Virus record (IMG/VR): IMGVR_UViG_3300023105_001655
Direction: 5' to 3' (one strand)
Length of the DNA: 56,851 nucleotides
From: an uncultured virus (IMG/VR IMGVR_UViG_3300023105_001655)
Taxonomy: Duplodnaviria; Heunggongvirae; Uroviricota; Caudoviricetes
Made by a program: the position numbers and the translations under genes. Positions within the stretch are counted from its first letter, which is position 1. The number at the start of each line of letters is the position of its first letter. The notes below the pieces were generated by a model that was not told the DNA's origin, ran no database searches, and was given only the letters and a program-made list of their open reading frames with translations. This document shows positions 36,092 through 46,045 of this stretch, piece after piece.

Positions 36092-37891
36092 ATGGCAAAA
36101 CAAGACTGCATGGGTATTCAGATAGATTTATCTCGGGATGAACTTTTTGACAAACTTGGAATACAAAGACTCAAAGAAAGTTACATGCGAGATGACGAAG
36201 TATCTCCCCAAGAGAGATTTGCTTTTGTCAGTAAGACGTTTGGTTCTAATCTAGAACATGCACAAAGACTGTATGAGTATTCTAGTAAACACTGGCTGTC
36301 ATACTCTACCCCCATTCTGTCTTTCGGTAGATCGAAGAAGGGTATGCCTATCTCTTGTTTTCTCAATTATATTAATGATACAGCAGAAGGACTGGTGGAG
36401 AATTTAAGTGAGACTAATTGGTTGTCTATGCTCGGTGGTGGGGTTGGTATTGGATTCGGTATCCGTGCTAGTGATGACAAGTCTGTTGGTGTCATGCCTC
36501 ATCTTAAAACCTATGACGCCTCTTGTTTGGCTTACAGGCAAGGTCGTACCCGCCGTGGTTCTTATGCTACATATCTCGACATCTCTCATCCCGATGTAGT
36601 TGTATTTTTGGAGATGCGTAAACCCACTGGTGATCAGAACTGGCGGTGCCTAAATCTGCATCACGGTATTAATATCAGTGACCGATTTATGGAACTGATT
36701 GAACGTTGCATGACAGACCCAGAGGCGGATGACGGGTGGAACTTGATTGACCCGCACTCGGGTGAAGTGCGTGACACGGTTTCAGCGAAGGCACTGTGGC
36801 AAAAGATTCTTGAACTACGCATGGAGACAGGTGAACCATATCTACACTTTGTTGATACCAGTAATAGGAATTTGCCAGAGTTTCAAAAGGCATTGGGTCT
36901 AAAGATTCACCAGTCTAATCTCTGTTCAGAAATTATTCTTCCCACCAATAAAGAAAGAACTGCGGTTTGTTGTCTATCTTCAGTCAATCTGGAGTACTAT
37001 GATGCATGGTCTAAGGATAACAATTTTCTAAAAGATATTGCAGAGATGTTGGACAATGTGTTACAATACTTTATTGATAATGCACCCAAAGAAGTTGGTA
37101 GAGCAAAATTTTCTGCAATGCGTGAAAGAAGTATTGGTGTTGGGGCGTTGGGATTCCATGCATATTTGCAGAAAAAGAATATCCCTTGGGAAAGTCCCAC
37201 TGCAAAGGGGACAAACCTAAGAATATTCAGACTGATTAGGAGTAAGTTAGATGACGCAAATTTGGAACTCGGTAAAGACCGAGGTGAAGCGCCTGATGCA
37301 ACAGGCACAGGACGAAGATTTAGCCACGTTATGGCTATCGCTCCCAATGCTAGTAGTAGTATTATCATGGGTAACACTTCACCGTCTATTGAACCTTATA
37401 GGGCTAACGCCTACCGTCAGGACACACTTAGCGGTGCGTATCTCAACAAAAATAAGCATTTGGACAATCTCATTAAAAATAAAATTGAAGAAAATCCAAA
37501 AATCGATTATGACGAAACTTGGTCGTCAATAATTGCAAACGATGGGTCTGTACAACATCTAAACTTTCTAAGTGATTGGGAGAAAGATGTTTACAAAACA
37601 TCGATGGAGATTGACCAGAGATGGGTAATCGAACATGCGGCAGATAGACAGTCATTTATTGACCAAGCACAGTCACTTAATTTATTTTTCCGTCCAGATG
37701 TAAACATCAAGTATCTACATGCTGTACATTTCTTGGCATGGAAACACGGTTTGAAAACACTTTACTACTGCCGATCAGAAAAACTAGGTAAGGCAGACAG
37801 AGTATCAAAGAGGATTGAACGAGAAGTAATCAAGGAGATTGATATGCAATCTCTGATTGATGAAAACTCATGTTTAGCATGTGAGGGTTGA
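36092..37891 (+). CDS. nrdA: Ribonucleotide reductase class I alpha subunit (no ATP cone)
   Basis: PISCF, SNLCSE, APNASSS, LKTLYY and C-terminal CLACEG. Confidence 0.95.
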   Translation: MAKQDCMGIQIDLSRDELFDKLGIQRLKESYMRDDEVSPQERFAFVSKTFGSNLEHAQRLYEYSSKHWLSYSTPILSFGRSKKGMPISCFLNYINDTAEGLVENLSETNWLSMLGGGVGIGFGIRASDDKSVGVMPHLKTYDASCLAYRQGRTRRGSYATYLDISHPDVVVFLEMRKPTGDQNWRCLNLHHGINISDRFMELIERCMTDPEADDGWNLIDPHSGEVRDTVSAKALWQKILELRMETGEPYLHFVDTSNRNLPEFQKALGLKIHQSNLCSEIILPTNKERTAVCCLSSVNLEYYDAWSKDNNFLKDIAEMLDNVLQYFIDNAPKEVGRAKFSAMRERSIGVGALGFHAYLQKKNIPWESPTAKGTNLRIFRLIRSKLDDANLELGKDRGEAPDATGTGRRFSHVMAIAPNASSSIIMGNTSPSIEPYRANAYRQDTLSGAYLNKNKHLDNLIKNKIEENPKIDYDETWSSIIANDGSVQHLNFLSDWEKDVYKTSMEIDQRWVIEHAADRQSFIDQAQSLNLFFRPDVNIKYLHAVHFLAWKHGLKTLYYCRSEKLGKADRVSKRIEREVIKEIDMQSLIDENSCLACEG

Positions 37892-38532
37892 TGATGTCAT
37901 CACTGAAAGGCGTGTTTGGTATAAGTAATCTTATCCCAAGAGACAAAAGAATTGCTGTACTTGTTTCTGGGGGGTGGGATAGTGCTTGTCTATGGACTAT
38001 CGCAAAAGCTACATGTAATACACGGGGACAGGAGTGCATTCCTTTTACCGTACCAAAGTTAGATGGCGCAGTTTATTATGCCAACAAGGTACTTGATGCA
38101 ACTTGTAAATTCCTAAATACTCCTGTTATGGAAACTACCATAGTTGGTAGTATCGATAGTGAAAACCCTTCTGATTATGTGACAAGTGGAGCTTATGAAA
38201 TAATAGAGGGCGGCCACGCCGATTTTATTTTAAACGCTAAAAACGCATATCCTCCGAATCAAAGAGATATGTTGCCAGACGGATACCCATTACCAAACGA
38301 TAGATTTGAACCAACAGAAGAAGAGAAAAAATATGTAGCACATCCTTTTGCAACGTGGACAAAGGATAGAACTATTAAGCTGGGATTTGATTTAGGAATT
38401 GCTGATATTATAATGCCCATAACACATAGTTGTACGGAACGTGACAGAGGTAGATGTAATAGTTGTTGGTGGTGTAAAGAGAGGGAATGGGGTTTTAAAG
38501 AAATAGGAGAGGTAGATACCGGCAATGAGTAA
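37891..38532 (+). CDS. QueC-like PP-loop ATPase
   Basis: SGGWDS PP-loop; THSC...CNSCWWCKER metal cluster. Confidence 0.7.
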   Translation: MMSSLKGVFGISNLIPRDKRIAVLVSGGWDSACLWTIAKATCNTRGQECIPFTVPKLDGAVYYANKVLDATCKFLNTPVMETTIVGSIDSENPSDYVTSGAYEIIEGGHADFILNAKNAYPPNQRDMLPDGYPLPNDRFEPTEEEKKYVAHPFATWTKDRTIKLGFDLGIADIIMPITHSCTERDRGRCNSCWWCKEREWGFKEIGEVDTGNE

Positions 38533-38731
38533 AGTAAGAATTTTATCAAGAGACGACTGTAAATTTTGTTCTGATGCTAAAGGATTTTTAATGGGGATGG
38601 AAGTGGATTTTGTCGAAGAGCATCAACCCGAGGGCCGTGTGCCGCAAATATATATCGATGACTATCATGTTGGTGGTTACGAAGAATTAATTAAATTTTC
38701 TATGTCCCCAGAGTGGGACAGATACTTCTAA
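38525..38731 (+). CDS. nrdC: Glutaredoxin
   Basis: CKFC, VPQI and GGY motifs between nrdA and nrdB. Confidence 0.85.
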   Translation: MSKVRILSRDDCKFCSDAKGFLMGMEVDFVEEHQPEGRVPQIYIDDYHVGGYEELIKFSMSPEWDRYF

Positions 38732-38740
38732 GGAGAGAGT

Positions 38741-39721
38741 GTGAAAACCGATTTAACACAAGAAAGAACTTACTTCAAACCATTCAACTATCCTTGGGCA
38801 TACGAGGCGTGGTTGAAACATGAACAGTCTCATTGGTTGCACACTGAAGTTCCCATGGCAGAAGATGTAAAAGACTGGAAAAACAAATTATCAAAAGAAG
38901 AACAGGCGTTTCTTACTAACATCTTTCGTTTCTTTACGCAGGGTGACATTGATGTTGCCGGTGGTTATGTAACAAACTATCTGCCATATTTTCCACAACC
39001 AGAAGTACGCATGATGCTCGCAGGATTTGCTGCAAGAGAGGCATTACATGTTGCGGCTTATTCTCACCTCATTGAAACACTCGGAATGCCAGAGTCAACA
39101 TACAATGAATTCCTTGAGTATGAAGCAATGCGTGATAAGCATGATTACTTTACAGACCTATCAAATCAGAATGGCACCAAGGAATCAGTAGCAACAAACA
39201 TTGCCGCATTCTCTGCGTTTACTGAGGGTATGCAGTTGTTCTCCTCTTTCATTATGTTGTTGAACTTTCCACGACACGGTAAGATGAAGGGCATGGGCCA
39301 GATTGTTACTTGGTCTATTGTAGACGAAACAATGCACGCCGAGTCTATGATCAAACTGTTCCGCACATATGTAGAAGAGAATCTTGAACTGTGGAACGAC
39401 AAATTGAAGTCATCTATTTACACCATTGCAGAAAAGATGGTTGCACTGGAAGACAAGTTTATTGATCTCGCATTTGCCATGGGCCCAATGGAGGGACTAT
39501 CAAACGAAGATGTTAAAAAATATATTCGTTACATTGCAGACCGCAGATTGATCTCTCTTGGTATGAAGGGTATCTTCAAGGTGAAGAAGAATCCTCTGCT
39601 TTGGGTCGAGGAAATGATTAATGCTCCTACTCACACAAACTTCTTTGAGAACAGAGCAACAGACTATGCCCGTGGTGCATTGTCTGGTGACTGGGGAGAT
39701 GTATGGGGGTCAGCAGCATGA
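38741..39721 (+). CDS. nrdB: Ribonucleotide reductase class I beta subunit
   Basis: W...E, EALH..AY, EG..LFSSF, DE.MH and NFFE.RATDY motifs. Confidence 0.96.
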   Translation: MKTDLTQERTYFKPFNYPWAYEAWLKHEQSHWLHTEVPMAEDVKDWKNKLSKEEQAFLTNIFRFFTQGDIDVAGGYVTNYLPYFPQPEVRMMLAGFAAREALHVAAYSHLIETLGMPESTYNEFLEYEAMRDKHDYFTDLSNQNGTKESVATNIAAFSAFTEGMQLFSSFIMLLNFPRHGKMKGMGQIVTWSIVDETMHAESMIKLFRTYVEENLELWNDKLKSSIYTIAEKMVALEDKFIDLAFAMGPMEGLSNEDVKKYIRYIADRRLISLGMKGIFKVKKNPLLWVEEMINAPTHTNFFENRATDYARGALSGDWGDVWGSAA

Positions 39722-39900
39722 GACCGATATACATTGAGTGCGACAGATGCGAAGCAACATACCATGTAAAACATGATATGTCAGAAGATCACTACCAAGT
39801 AACTTATTGTACTTTTTGTGGCGATGGATTGGACGACTATTATGATCCCAATCAACGTGAACTTGAATTTGAAGATGAAGAGGATTATATAGACTGGTGA
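39718..39900 (+). CDS. Small zinc-ribbon protein
   Basis: CDRC...CTFCG, acidic tail. Confidence 0.7.
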   Translation: MRPIYIECDRCEATYHVKHDMSEDHYQVTYCTFCGDGLDDYYDPNQRELEFEDEEDYIDW

Positions 39901-40313
39901 TGAATAAATTTGATTATGCACACATGGAAGCAGCAGAAGTATACGCTAAACTGTCTTCCGCTGAAAGACTGCAAGTTGGGTGTATCATTGTAAAAGACAA
40001 TCGCATTATTAGTATCGGATACAATGGTATGCCCAGCGGGTGGGACAACATATGTGAAATTGATAACGTAACCAAACCAGAAGTACTTCATGCAGAAACA
40101 AATGCAATCGCAAAGGTTGCTAGATCAAATGAAAGTTGTGTTGGTGCTTCTTTATATACTACGCACGAACCATGCATTGACTGCGCCAAGTTGATCTATC
40201 AGTCTGGTGTATCAAATGTATTTTGGAGACATCCTTATCCGAAAGGTTCTGCTGGTCTAGATTTTTTGAGAAAGTGTAATATAGAATGTTCTTGTATAGA
40301 ATCAAAAACTTAG
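39900..40313 (+). CDS. cd: dCMP deaminase
   Basis: GYNG, HAE.NAI and PCIDC zinc motif. Confidence 0.93.
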   Translation: MNKFDYAHMEAAEVYAKLSSAERLQVGCIIVKDNRIISIGYNGMPSGWDNICEIDNVTKPEVLHAETNAIAKVARSNESCVGASLYTTHEPCIDCAKLIYQSGVSNVFWRHPYPKGSAGLDFLRKCNIECSCIESKT

Positions 40314-40798
40314 TAACCGAAGAAGAATTAGAAACTTATCGAAATATAGCATTATCCTCTGAGTGGTACGATCACGAGATAGACGAAAACGGTGTTGTAC
40401 GCAAAGGTGGAAAAGAAGGAAAAAATTATAATCTCTTGGTTTTACCTAGACACCATAGAACTTCTGTACAGATTGCTTCTAGGTATGGATTCAAACCGTC
40501 TCATGTTGCCATGATAAAGTCTCCCCCAAACAGTAAAACAGATTTGCATGTCGATAATAAGTTAAGACATGTGAACTTTACTTTTCCTCTTTTTTTGGAT
40601 GCCAGAGATATTTGGCATCAGGTAGATGAAGAAACATATGAACACATAACATACCATTATCCTTGTTTAATAAATGCTTCTGTGCCGCACAAGGCATCAT
40701 ATCATGGGGATAAAGATTCTTACGTTTTACAAATATCTACAACGATGTCATGGTCTGACACGATACATCATTTAAACAAGAGACAATTGATCCTATGA
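40286..40798 (+). CDS. 2OG-Fe(II)/cupin-fold oxygenase-like protein (paralog of 14576-15076)
   Basis: LHVD..R...FPL...LIN...PH. Confidence 0.55.
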   Translation: MFLYRIKNLVTEEELETYRNIALSSEWYDHEIDENGVVRKGGKEGKNYNLLVLPRHHRTSVQIASRYGFKPSHVAMIKSPPNSKTDLHVDNKLRHVNFTFPLFLDARDIWHQVDEETYEHITYHYPCLINASVPHKASYHGDKDSYVLQISTTMSWSDTIHHLNKRQLIL

Positions 40799-41394
40799 AT
40801 GATATCCGTGGTTTTATGTTACCGGCTGATTCTGCCGCTATATATAATATATGTTCTAAATTTAAAGACAGTGAATATGTTTTTGTCTACGAGATTGGGA
40901 CATTGTACGGAAAGAGTGCAGTAACCTTTGATGATGCACTGAAGGGAGTGGAACATCACATCGTAACAGTAGATGTGTGTGAAGGTTGGCAAGGCCCAAC
41001 GGAAGAGATGATTGAAGAACTGGGTCTAGATGATAATTTTAAAGAAGAGGTTATTAGAAACAGAAGCACTCCACAAGAACAGTTTGAAGAAATACACAAG
41101 AATATTCTGAATAGGGATATTACATTTATGGTACATAGGTGGAGTAAATGGGACACCCCGCCGGATAGATCACCCAACATAGTTTTCTATGATGGTTCTC
41201 ATTCGTATGAAGAAACAAAAGATGTTCTTGATTATTGGTCTAAGTGTATGCGATCTGGTGGTGTAATTGCTATCGATGATTACAACTGTGGTCAGTGGCA
41301 TGATTTAAAAAGGGCGGTTGATGAGTTTTGTGAACAAAATAATTACGAAATAACATCTTACCAAGATTCAAAAATAGTTTCTATAACACTTTAA
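40795..41394 (+). CDS. Class I SAM methyltransferase (Methyltransf_24-like)
   Basis: EIGTLYGKS, FYDGSHSYE and GGVIAIDDY. Confidence 0.8.
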   Translation: MNDIRGFMLPADSAAIYNICSKFKDSEYVFVYEIGTLYGKSAVTFDDALKGVEHHIVTVDVCEGWQGPTEEMIEELGLDDNFKEEVIRNRSTPQEQFEEIHKNILNRDITFMVHRWSKWDTPPDRSPNIVFYDGSHSYEETKDVLDYWSKCMRSGGVIAIDDYNCGQWHDLKRAVDEFCEQNNYEITSYQDSKIVSITL

Positions 41395-41404
41395 GGGAAA
41401 GACA

Positions 41405-42070
41405 ATGATTATAGATTTTTTTGATAATGAATTGGAGTGGAATGAAAATGCATTTCGTCCAACAACTACTAGCAAAGAGTTTGCTAAGTTTGTTCCAGTT
41501 GAAGGAAAGGATGTCTTGGATGTTGGATGTGGGATTGGTGCTATCGGTATCGAGTTTTCCAAACGTGGTGCTAACTCTGTTGTGGGCATTGACATCAGCG
41601 AAGAACATATTAGGTTGTCAGAAGAAAACATTGCAAGGAATGATGTCGAGAATATGACAGTAATCAAGAGTGATATGTTTGAAGAGGTGCCGTTGGACTC
41701 TTCATACGATGTTATTGCTAGTGATGTTAGTGGCATAGACCAACCAATTGTTGACGTAACCAATTGGTTTCCAGATGGTGTTCCCAGTCATTCCAGTCAG
41801 TATATTGTTGAAGCAATAAGACGATCTAAGTATTTTTTGAAACCTGGCGGAGAATTTTATTTCACATACTGTACTTTCAGTGACCAAGATACAATAGAAA
41901 GAGTTTGTGATGCGATGTATCCTAATTCTTGGGAAGTGGTATACGAGAAGTTAGTACCATTCTCTCCAGAACTTAACGACAATCTAGAGTTGGCAAAACA
42001 GTATGAACCACTTTCCAAAAAGGGTAGCCGACATCTTTGGTATTTGTGGATAGTAAAATGTCAAAACTAA
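41405..42070 (+). CDS. Class I SAM methyltransferase
   Basis: VLDVGCGIG, GIDIS, SDMF and LKPGG. Confidence 0.85.
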   Translation: MIIDFFDNELEWNENAFRPTTTSKEFAKFVPVEGKDVLDVGCGIGAIGIEFSKRGANSVVGIDISEEHIRLSEENIARNDVENMTVIKSDMFEEVPLDSSYDVIASDVSGIDQPIVDVTNWFPDGVPSHSSQYIVEAIRRSKYFLKPGGEFYFTYCTFSDQDTIERVCDAMYPNSWEVVYEKLVPFSPELNDNLELAKQYEPLSKKGSRHLWYLWIVKCQN

Positions 42071-42240
42071 AAAACTATACAAAGAAACCTAAGATCAAAG
42101 AAGTGCCAAGAGAAGAGGCCTTTGAAAGATTGTGGGGTGATGGCAAGACCATAAATAGTAACTCAACAGTGCAAGAGTTACCAGATGGTTATGACTACGA
42201 AGAAGAGAAAGAGAAAGCCTTCCTTAAAGAAGACACATAG
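42058..42240 (+). CDS. Hypothetical protein
   Basis: ATG 42058, overlaps both neighbours. Confidence 0.5.
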   Translation: MSKLKNYTKKPKIKEVPREEAFERLWGDGKTINSNSTVQELPDGYDYEEEKEKAFLKEDT

Positions 42241-42532
42241 AGTTTACTGCACATACTTTCCCGATGGCAGATATTATATCGGGTACTCATGCAAACCACA
42301 AAACTTGTATGAAAAATATTATGGCAGTTCTACAATAGTAAAAGAGTATGAAGGTGAGTTGACGAAAGAGACTATCGCCGAGTTTGATCAGAAGTCCCAC
42401 GCAAAGATGCAGGAATTCCTGTTACAGTGGCAACAACGTGAAGACGATAAATGTCTAAACGACATGTTGAACATTAGATTGAGGCGAAGTCACTTAACAT
42501 CATTTACACCAGTGGAGTGGAAACCAAAGTGA
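42185..42532 (+). CDS. Stand-alone GIY-YIG-like nuclease domain
   Basis: VY......YYIG, YYGSS, later E and N residues. Confidence 0.65.
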   Translation: MVMTTKKRKRKPSLKKTHRVYCTYFPDGRYYIGYSCKPQNLYEKYYGSSTIVKEYEGELTKETIAEFDQKSHAKMQEFLLQWQQREDDKCLNDMLNIRLRRSHLTSFTPVEWKPK

Positions 42533-43260
42533 CAAATCATGTTTTTATATTCGGTGGCCCAAGAAACGGTTCTTGGCACTATCATTATTCTAGGTGCAAA
42601 TCTGATCCATTGCTATATGGTGGAACGGAGAACTTAGATTGGTCGGGAAGTAATACAAGAAAATTTGGTGACACGGTTTACAGTGGAACCAGTTTTAGAC
42701 AACAAAAAGATGATATATTTCCTCTACTCCAGTTTGAAGAAGTGACTTTGCCTGGAGTATTCTTTGAAAATTGTTTTTTGCAGTCTCCAGAAAACTTTAT
42801 GCACAATATTGATATCATCGAAAGACACGGCAGGAAAGCAATATGTAAAGGGTATGAACATACATATGGACTTTCTGACATCTATGATCACGAAAAAGTT
42901 TATATAAAGAGACCCCTTGTTGATCAATGGAAGTCCTATGCTATTTGTCATATCACAAAGAAGTGGCAATGGGAAGAAGGTGACAAGATGCCAGACTCGG
43001 AAATCTCTATGGCAGACACAAACAAAGAAAGTGTGAGAGAACTTTTTCTCAATAGAATGACAACCGTTTATAATTTTTATGGGTTGCATAAAGACTTATC
43101 CGAATTTACAGTTTTGGATTACTCTGATGTCGTATCAATGCCCAATGACAGTCCTTTGATACCAACGCCAAAACCAAAACTATCATCTGAAGTGAATGAC
43201 TACATACATGACTTGAGTAAGTTTGATAATCTTTTAGAATTAGAGGCGAAATTCTTTTAA
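42529..43260 (+). CDS. Sulfotransferase-like protein
   Basis: N-terminal GGPRNGS (PAPS-loop-like) and R...DQWKS motif. Start 42517 or 42529. Confidence 0.45.
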   Translation: MTNHVFIFGGPRNGSWHYHYSRCKSDPLLYGGTENLDWSGSNTRKFGDTVYSGTSFRQQKDDIFPLLQFEEVTLPGVFFENCFLQSPENFMHNIDIIERHGRKAICKGYEHTYGLSDIYDHEKVYIKRPLVDQWKSYAICHITKKWQWEEGDKMPDSEISMADTNKESVRELFLNRMTTVYNFYGLHKDLSEFTVLDYSDVVSMPNDSPLIPTPKPKLSSEVNDYIHDLSKFDNLLELEAKFF

Positions 43261-44195
43261 TGGCATTTCTACTACTATTAGTTTTTTCTGCGTTATCCGT
43301 TTCCGCAGTTGCTGGTTACTTCTCAATAATTGGATTAACGGCTATATTCCCCGCAGTTTTTGCGGAGATTGTGACTATGGGTGCAGTACTAGAGGTAGCA
43401 AAACTGGTCACTGCATCTTGGTTGTATAGAAACTGGAGTACCGCCGGAGTTTTACTCAAAAGTTACTTTACTGTTGCGGTGGTAGTACTATCCATTGTAA
43501 CTAGTATAGGAATCTTTGGATTCTTATCAAAGGCTCACATTGAACAGACCGTGAATGCGGGAGGAAATAATGAATTACAGATCGAGACCTTGGAACGCCG
43601 CATTGCGTATCAGCAAACGATTATCAAAGACGCAGAAACAGTACTGGAACAACTTGACTCCACAGTTGCAACGCTCATTGAATATGACAGAATTAGAGGT
43701 GATACGGGTGCGATTGCGACACGGAATTCGCAAAAAGAGGAAAGGGACAGTCTCAACCAGCAGATCACTGCTGCGTACTCTGCTATTGAAGAATCACAAA
43801 CTGCCCTCTTACCACTTCAGAAAGAACAGTTATCACTTGAGGCGGAAGTTGGGCCTCTAAAATACATTGCGGAGTTAATTTATGGAGACGAAGCACAAGA
43901 TCATTTTGATGCAGCTGTCCGCTGGATTATTATCCTTATTGTTTTGGTATTCGATCCTCTCGCTATTCTTCTGGTTGTTTCAGCAAACATGACATTCATG
44001 CAAAGGAGGGGTGAGAGTATAACTTTTATGAAAGAGGAAGATTTGATCAAAGATATACCAGACTACGGCATGGAAATGTCTGATAAAGAGGAAGTAGAAC
44101 TGACCAACTCCGAAGTAGATCAATTTAGAAGACTAGATAAAGGACTAAGGAAAAAACTCGGTTGGTTAATCGATAAGGCTAAAACTGATGAGTAA
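43260..44195 (+). CDS. Membrane protein with coiled coil (conserved in T4-like phages)
   Basis: Three N-terminal TMs, GIFGFLSKAH, EVGPLKYIAE, C-terminal TM with FDPLA. Confidence 0.75.
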   Translation: MAFLLLLVFSALSVSAVAGYFSIIGLTAIFPAVFAEIVTMGAVLEVAKLVTASWLYRNWSTAGVLLKSYFTVAVVVLSIVTSIGIFGFLSKAHIEQTVNAGGNNELQIETLERRIAYQQTIIKDAETVLEQLDSTVATLIEYDRIRGDTGAIATRNSQKEERDSLNQQITAAYSAIEESQTALLPLQKEQLSLEAEVGPLKYIAELIYGDEAQDHFDAAVRWIIILIVLVFDPLAILLVVSANMTFMQRRGESITFMKEEDLIKDIPDYGMEMSDKEEVELTNSEVDQFRRLDKGLRKKLGWLIDKAKTDE

Positions 44196-45270
44196 ATTAT
44201 TTGTCAATGGATGTTCCATTAGTCTGGGAGCAGAGTTGGGAGAAGAGACACGATATTATGACACGGAAAAAAAGGAACCGTATCAGTGGGTAGACACGAA
44301 GTATAGAAGAGAGAAGAGATGGTCAACTCTTTTGTCTCAAAAATTAAACACTGGTGTAGTAAATATTTCAAGGGGAGCAGGATCAAATCCAAGAACTTGG
44401 AGAACGACTCTTGATTTTTTCAACAAACCACAAAACATTGAATACGATGGGATAGCAGTTATTCAATTGACTGGCCCAGAGAGATTTCAAATTCCTATCA
44501 ATGAAAGATTTTTAAATTTGTGGGAACCAACATACCCATGTGAAGAATGTGATGGGGTCAGGGGTCACCACACCGATGGGGATTTCAATGAGTGGGCAAA
44601 GGGTGGTGTCTACAGTCCAGACGATGATGACCTTGATCCAGTCATAGAGGAGTATTCACACTGGAATCAACATAGCATACAAAGTTTGTTTTCAGAAAAC
44701 ATAGAACAAAGACATTTTGTGAATATGAAAACAGAAGTGATTGGCAATCACAAATTCAATTCTCCAATACATCAAGTTTTAGATACTTTGAGATATGTTG
44801 AATCGCTCGTTTATTTTTTCCGTGCTAAAAGAATTCCTTGTTACATGTGGGATGCTTTAGGTAACTTGCGTCTAATGAACGTGGTTTTGGATGGATTGAA
44901 AGTAGTAGAAGAATCAGAAACATGTGGGGCACTCTCTAGGTATATAAGAGAAGGCAACAGGTATATGCAGATCATCGATCTATTTTGTGATGGAGAAGAG
45001 TTTTGGGGCATGGATAAAAAAATCCAAGAAAAATACTATTTGTTCTTGCGTGAAACTAAATTATATGATAAAATATACAATAAGATTAATTCGGTCAAGT
45101 CTATGCCGGAGATGTCTCAAACAGACTTTGGTGATATGTTCCTCAACAAAACTCATCCATCGTTTGTTGGAAAAATGCCTGGTGGCCACCCAGATGAAAA
45201 GTGCCACGAGGCAATAGCTACTAAACTATATGATGAAATCATGGAGAAAAAACTATGGAGTTTGCGATGA
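44188..45270 (+). CDS. SGNH/GDSL-like protein
   Basis: NGCSISLG, NISRGAGSN and terminal GHP...H. Confidence 0.55.
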   Translation: MSKLFVNGCSISLGAELGEETRYYDTEKKEPYQWVDTKYRREKRWSTLLSQKLNTGVVNISRGAGSNPRTWRTTLDFFNKPQNIEYDGIAVIQLTGPERFQIPINERFLNLWEPTYPCEECDGVRGHHTDGDFNEWAKGGVYSPDDDDLDPVIEEYSHWNQHSIQSLFSENIEQRHFVNMKTEVIGNHKFNSPIHQVLDTLRYVESLVYFFRAKRIPCYMWDALGNLRLMNVVLDGLKVVEESETCGALSRYIREGNRYMQIIDLFCDGEEFWGMDKKIQEKYYLFLRETKLYDKIYNKINSVKSMPEMSQTDFGDMFLNKTHPSFVGKMPGGHPDEKCHEAIATKLYDEIMEKKLWSLR

Positions 45271-45494
45271 ATAAACAAGAGGTGATTGATGTGCTGGTCA
45301 ACGGTACTGCTAATATTCTCTACAAAAAGAAGGATGGTACGGAACGTGTTGTGAAGGCCACTCTACAGGAGTCGGTTGTTCCTGCTACTAGTGGCACTAG
45401 CACTCAAAAAGATACCCACGTTACCGTATTCGATGTGGAAAAGTCCCAGTGGCGATCACTAATCATTGACAATATTATTCATTTTGTTAAGTAA
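45267..45494 (+). CDS. SH3/Sm-like (WYL_2-type) small protein
   Basis: YKKKDGTER...ATL...VFDVEK..WRS motif. Confidence 0.7.
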   Translation: MNKQEVIDVLVNGTANILYKKKDGTERVVKATLQESVVPATSGTSTQKDTHVTVFDVEKSQWRSLIIDNIIHFVK

Positions 45495-45500
45495 AACCTA

Positions 45501-45530
45501 TTGACATATGCGGCTCCTCTGTGGTACTAT
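45501..45530 (+). promoter_or_regulatory. Sigma70-type promoter
   Basis: TTGACA-18 bp-TACTAT with TG. Confidence 0.65.
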
Positions 45531-45556
45531 ATAATAGTAATACAAAGGAGTCCATT

Positions 45557-46045
45557 ATGGCCACCCAAACTAAACCAAAAACCAGACGTAGGCGCAAACC
45601 TATGTCAGAAGAACAACGTGCCGCTGCTGCGGAACGTCTCAAAATGGCACGAGAGAAACGTGCCAAAACCAACCCACCAACGTACAAAAATGTACACCCA
45701 GACGTACTGGCCAAACCAGATGACGATCCGTTATCATTTGCCAAAGTGAAGTCGTGGATAAAGGCTAACAAAGAGAAGTTGCCTGCCCTACGACAACAGG
45801 TAAGACAAGGTGTCAAGGGTTCCATATCTGAGGAATGCGTGATTAAGTCTTACATTGCATACATGGAGGCATACCTAAAGAACGGTGATTGGATCGCTGA
45901 CTACTATGGTGAGAACATGGAAAAAAGAATGGTTCGCACTTGTGTAGCAATGGCATACGACAAAGATGGTAATCCAAAACGGGACAGAGGAACTTACTAT
46001 CCCGATCTTGGAATAGTGTGGGGAATGGAAGATGATATTAGTTGA
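45557..46045 (+). CDS. Conserved T4-like hypothetical protein
   Basis: AAGGAG SD; RKPMSEEQR.AAAERL..AREKR, YL..GDW and MAY..DG.PKR..G. Confidence 0.75.
   Translation: MATQTKPKTRRRRKPMSEEQRAAAAERLKMAREKRAKTNPPTYKNVHPDVLAKPDDDPLSFAKVKSWIKANKEKLPALRQQVRQGVKGSISEECVIKSYIAYMEAYLKNGDWIADYYGENMEKRMVRTCVAMAYDKDGNPKRDRGTYYPDLGIVWGMEDDIS

Noticed and set aside
37891..38532. 7-deazaguanine DNA modification system
   Set aside because: Only a divergent QueC-like gene is present; no DpdA, QueD, QueE or FolE in the window.
45501..45749. 82-aa + strand ORF starting at TTG 45501
   Set aside because: Its start is the -35 hexamer of a promoter, and it overlaps the better-supported 45557 gene out of frame.
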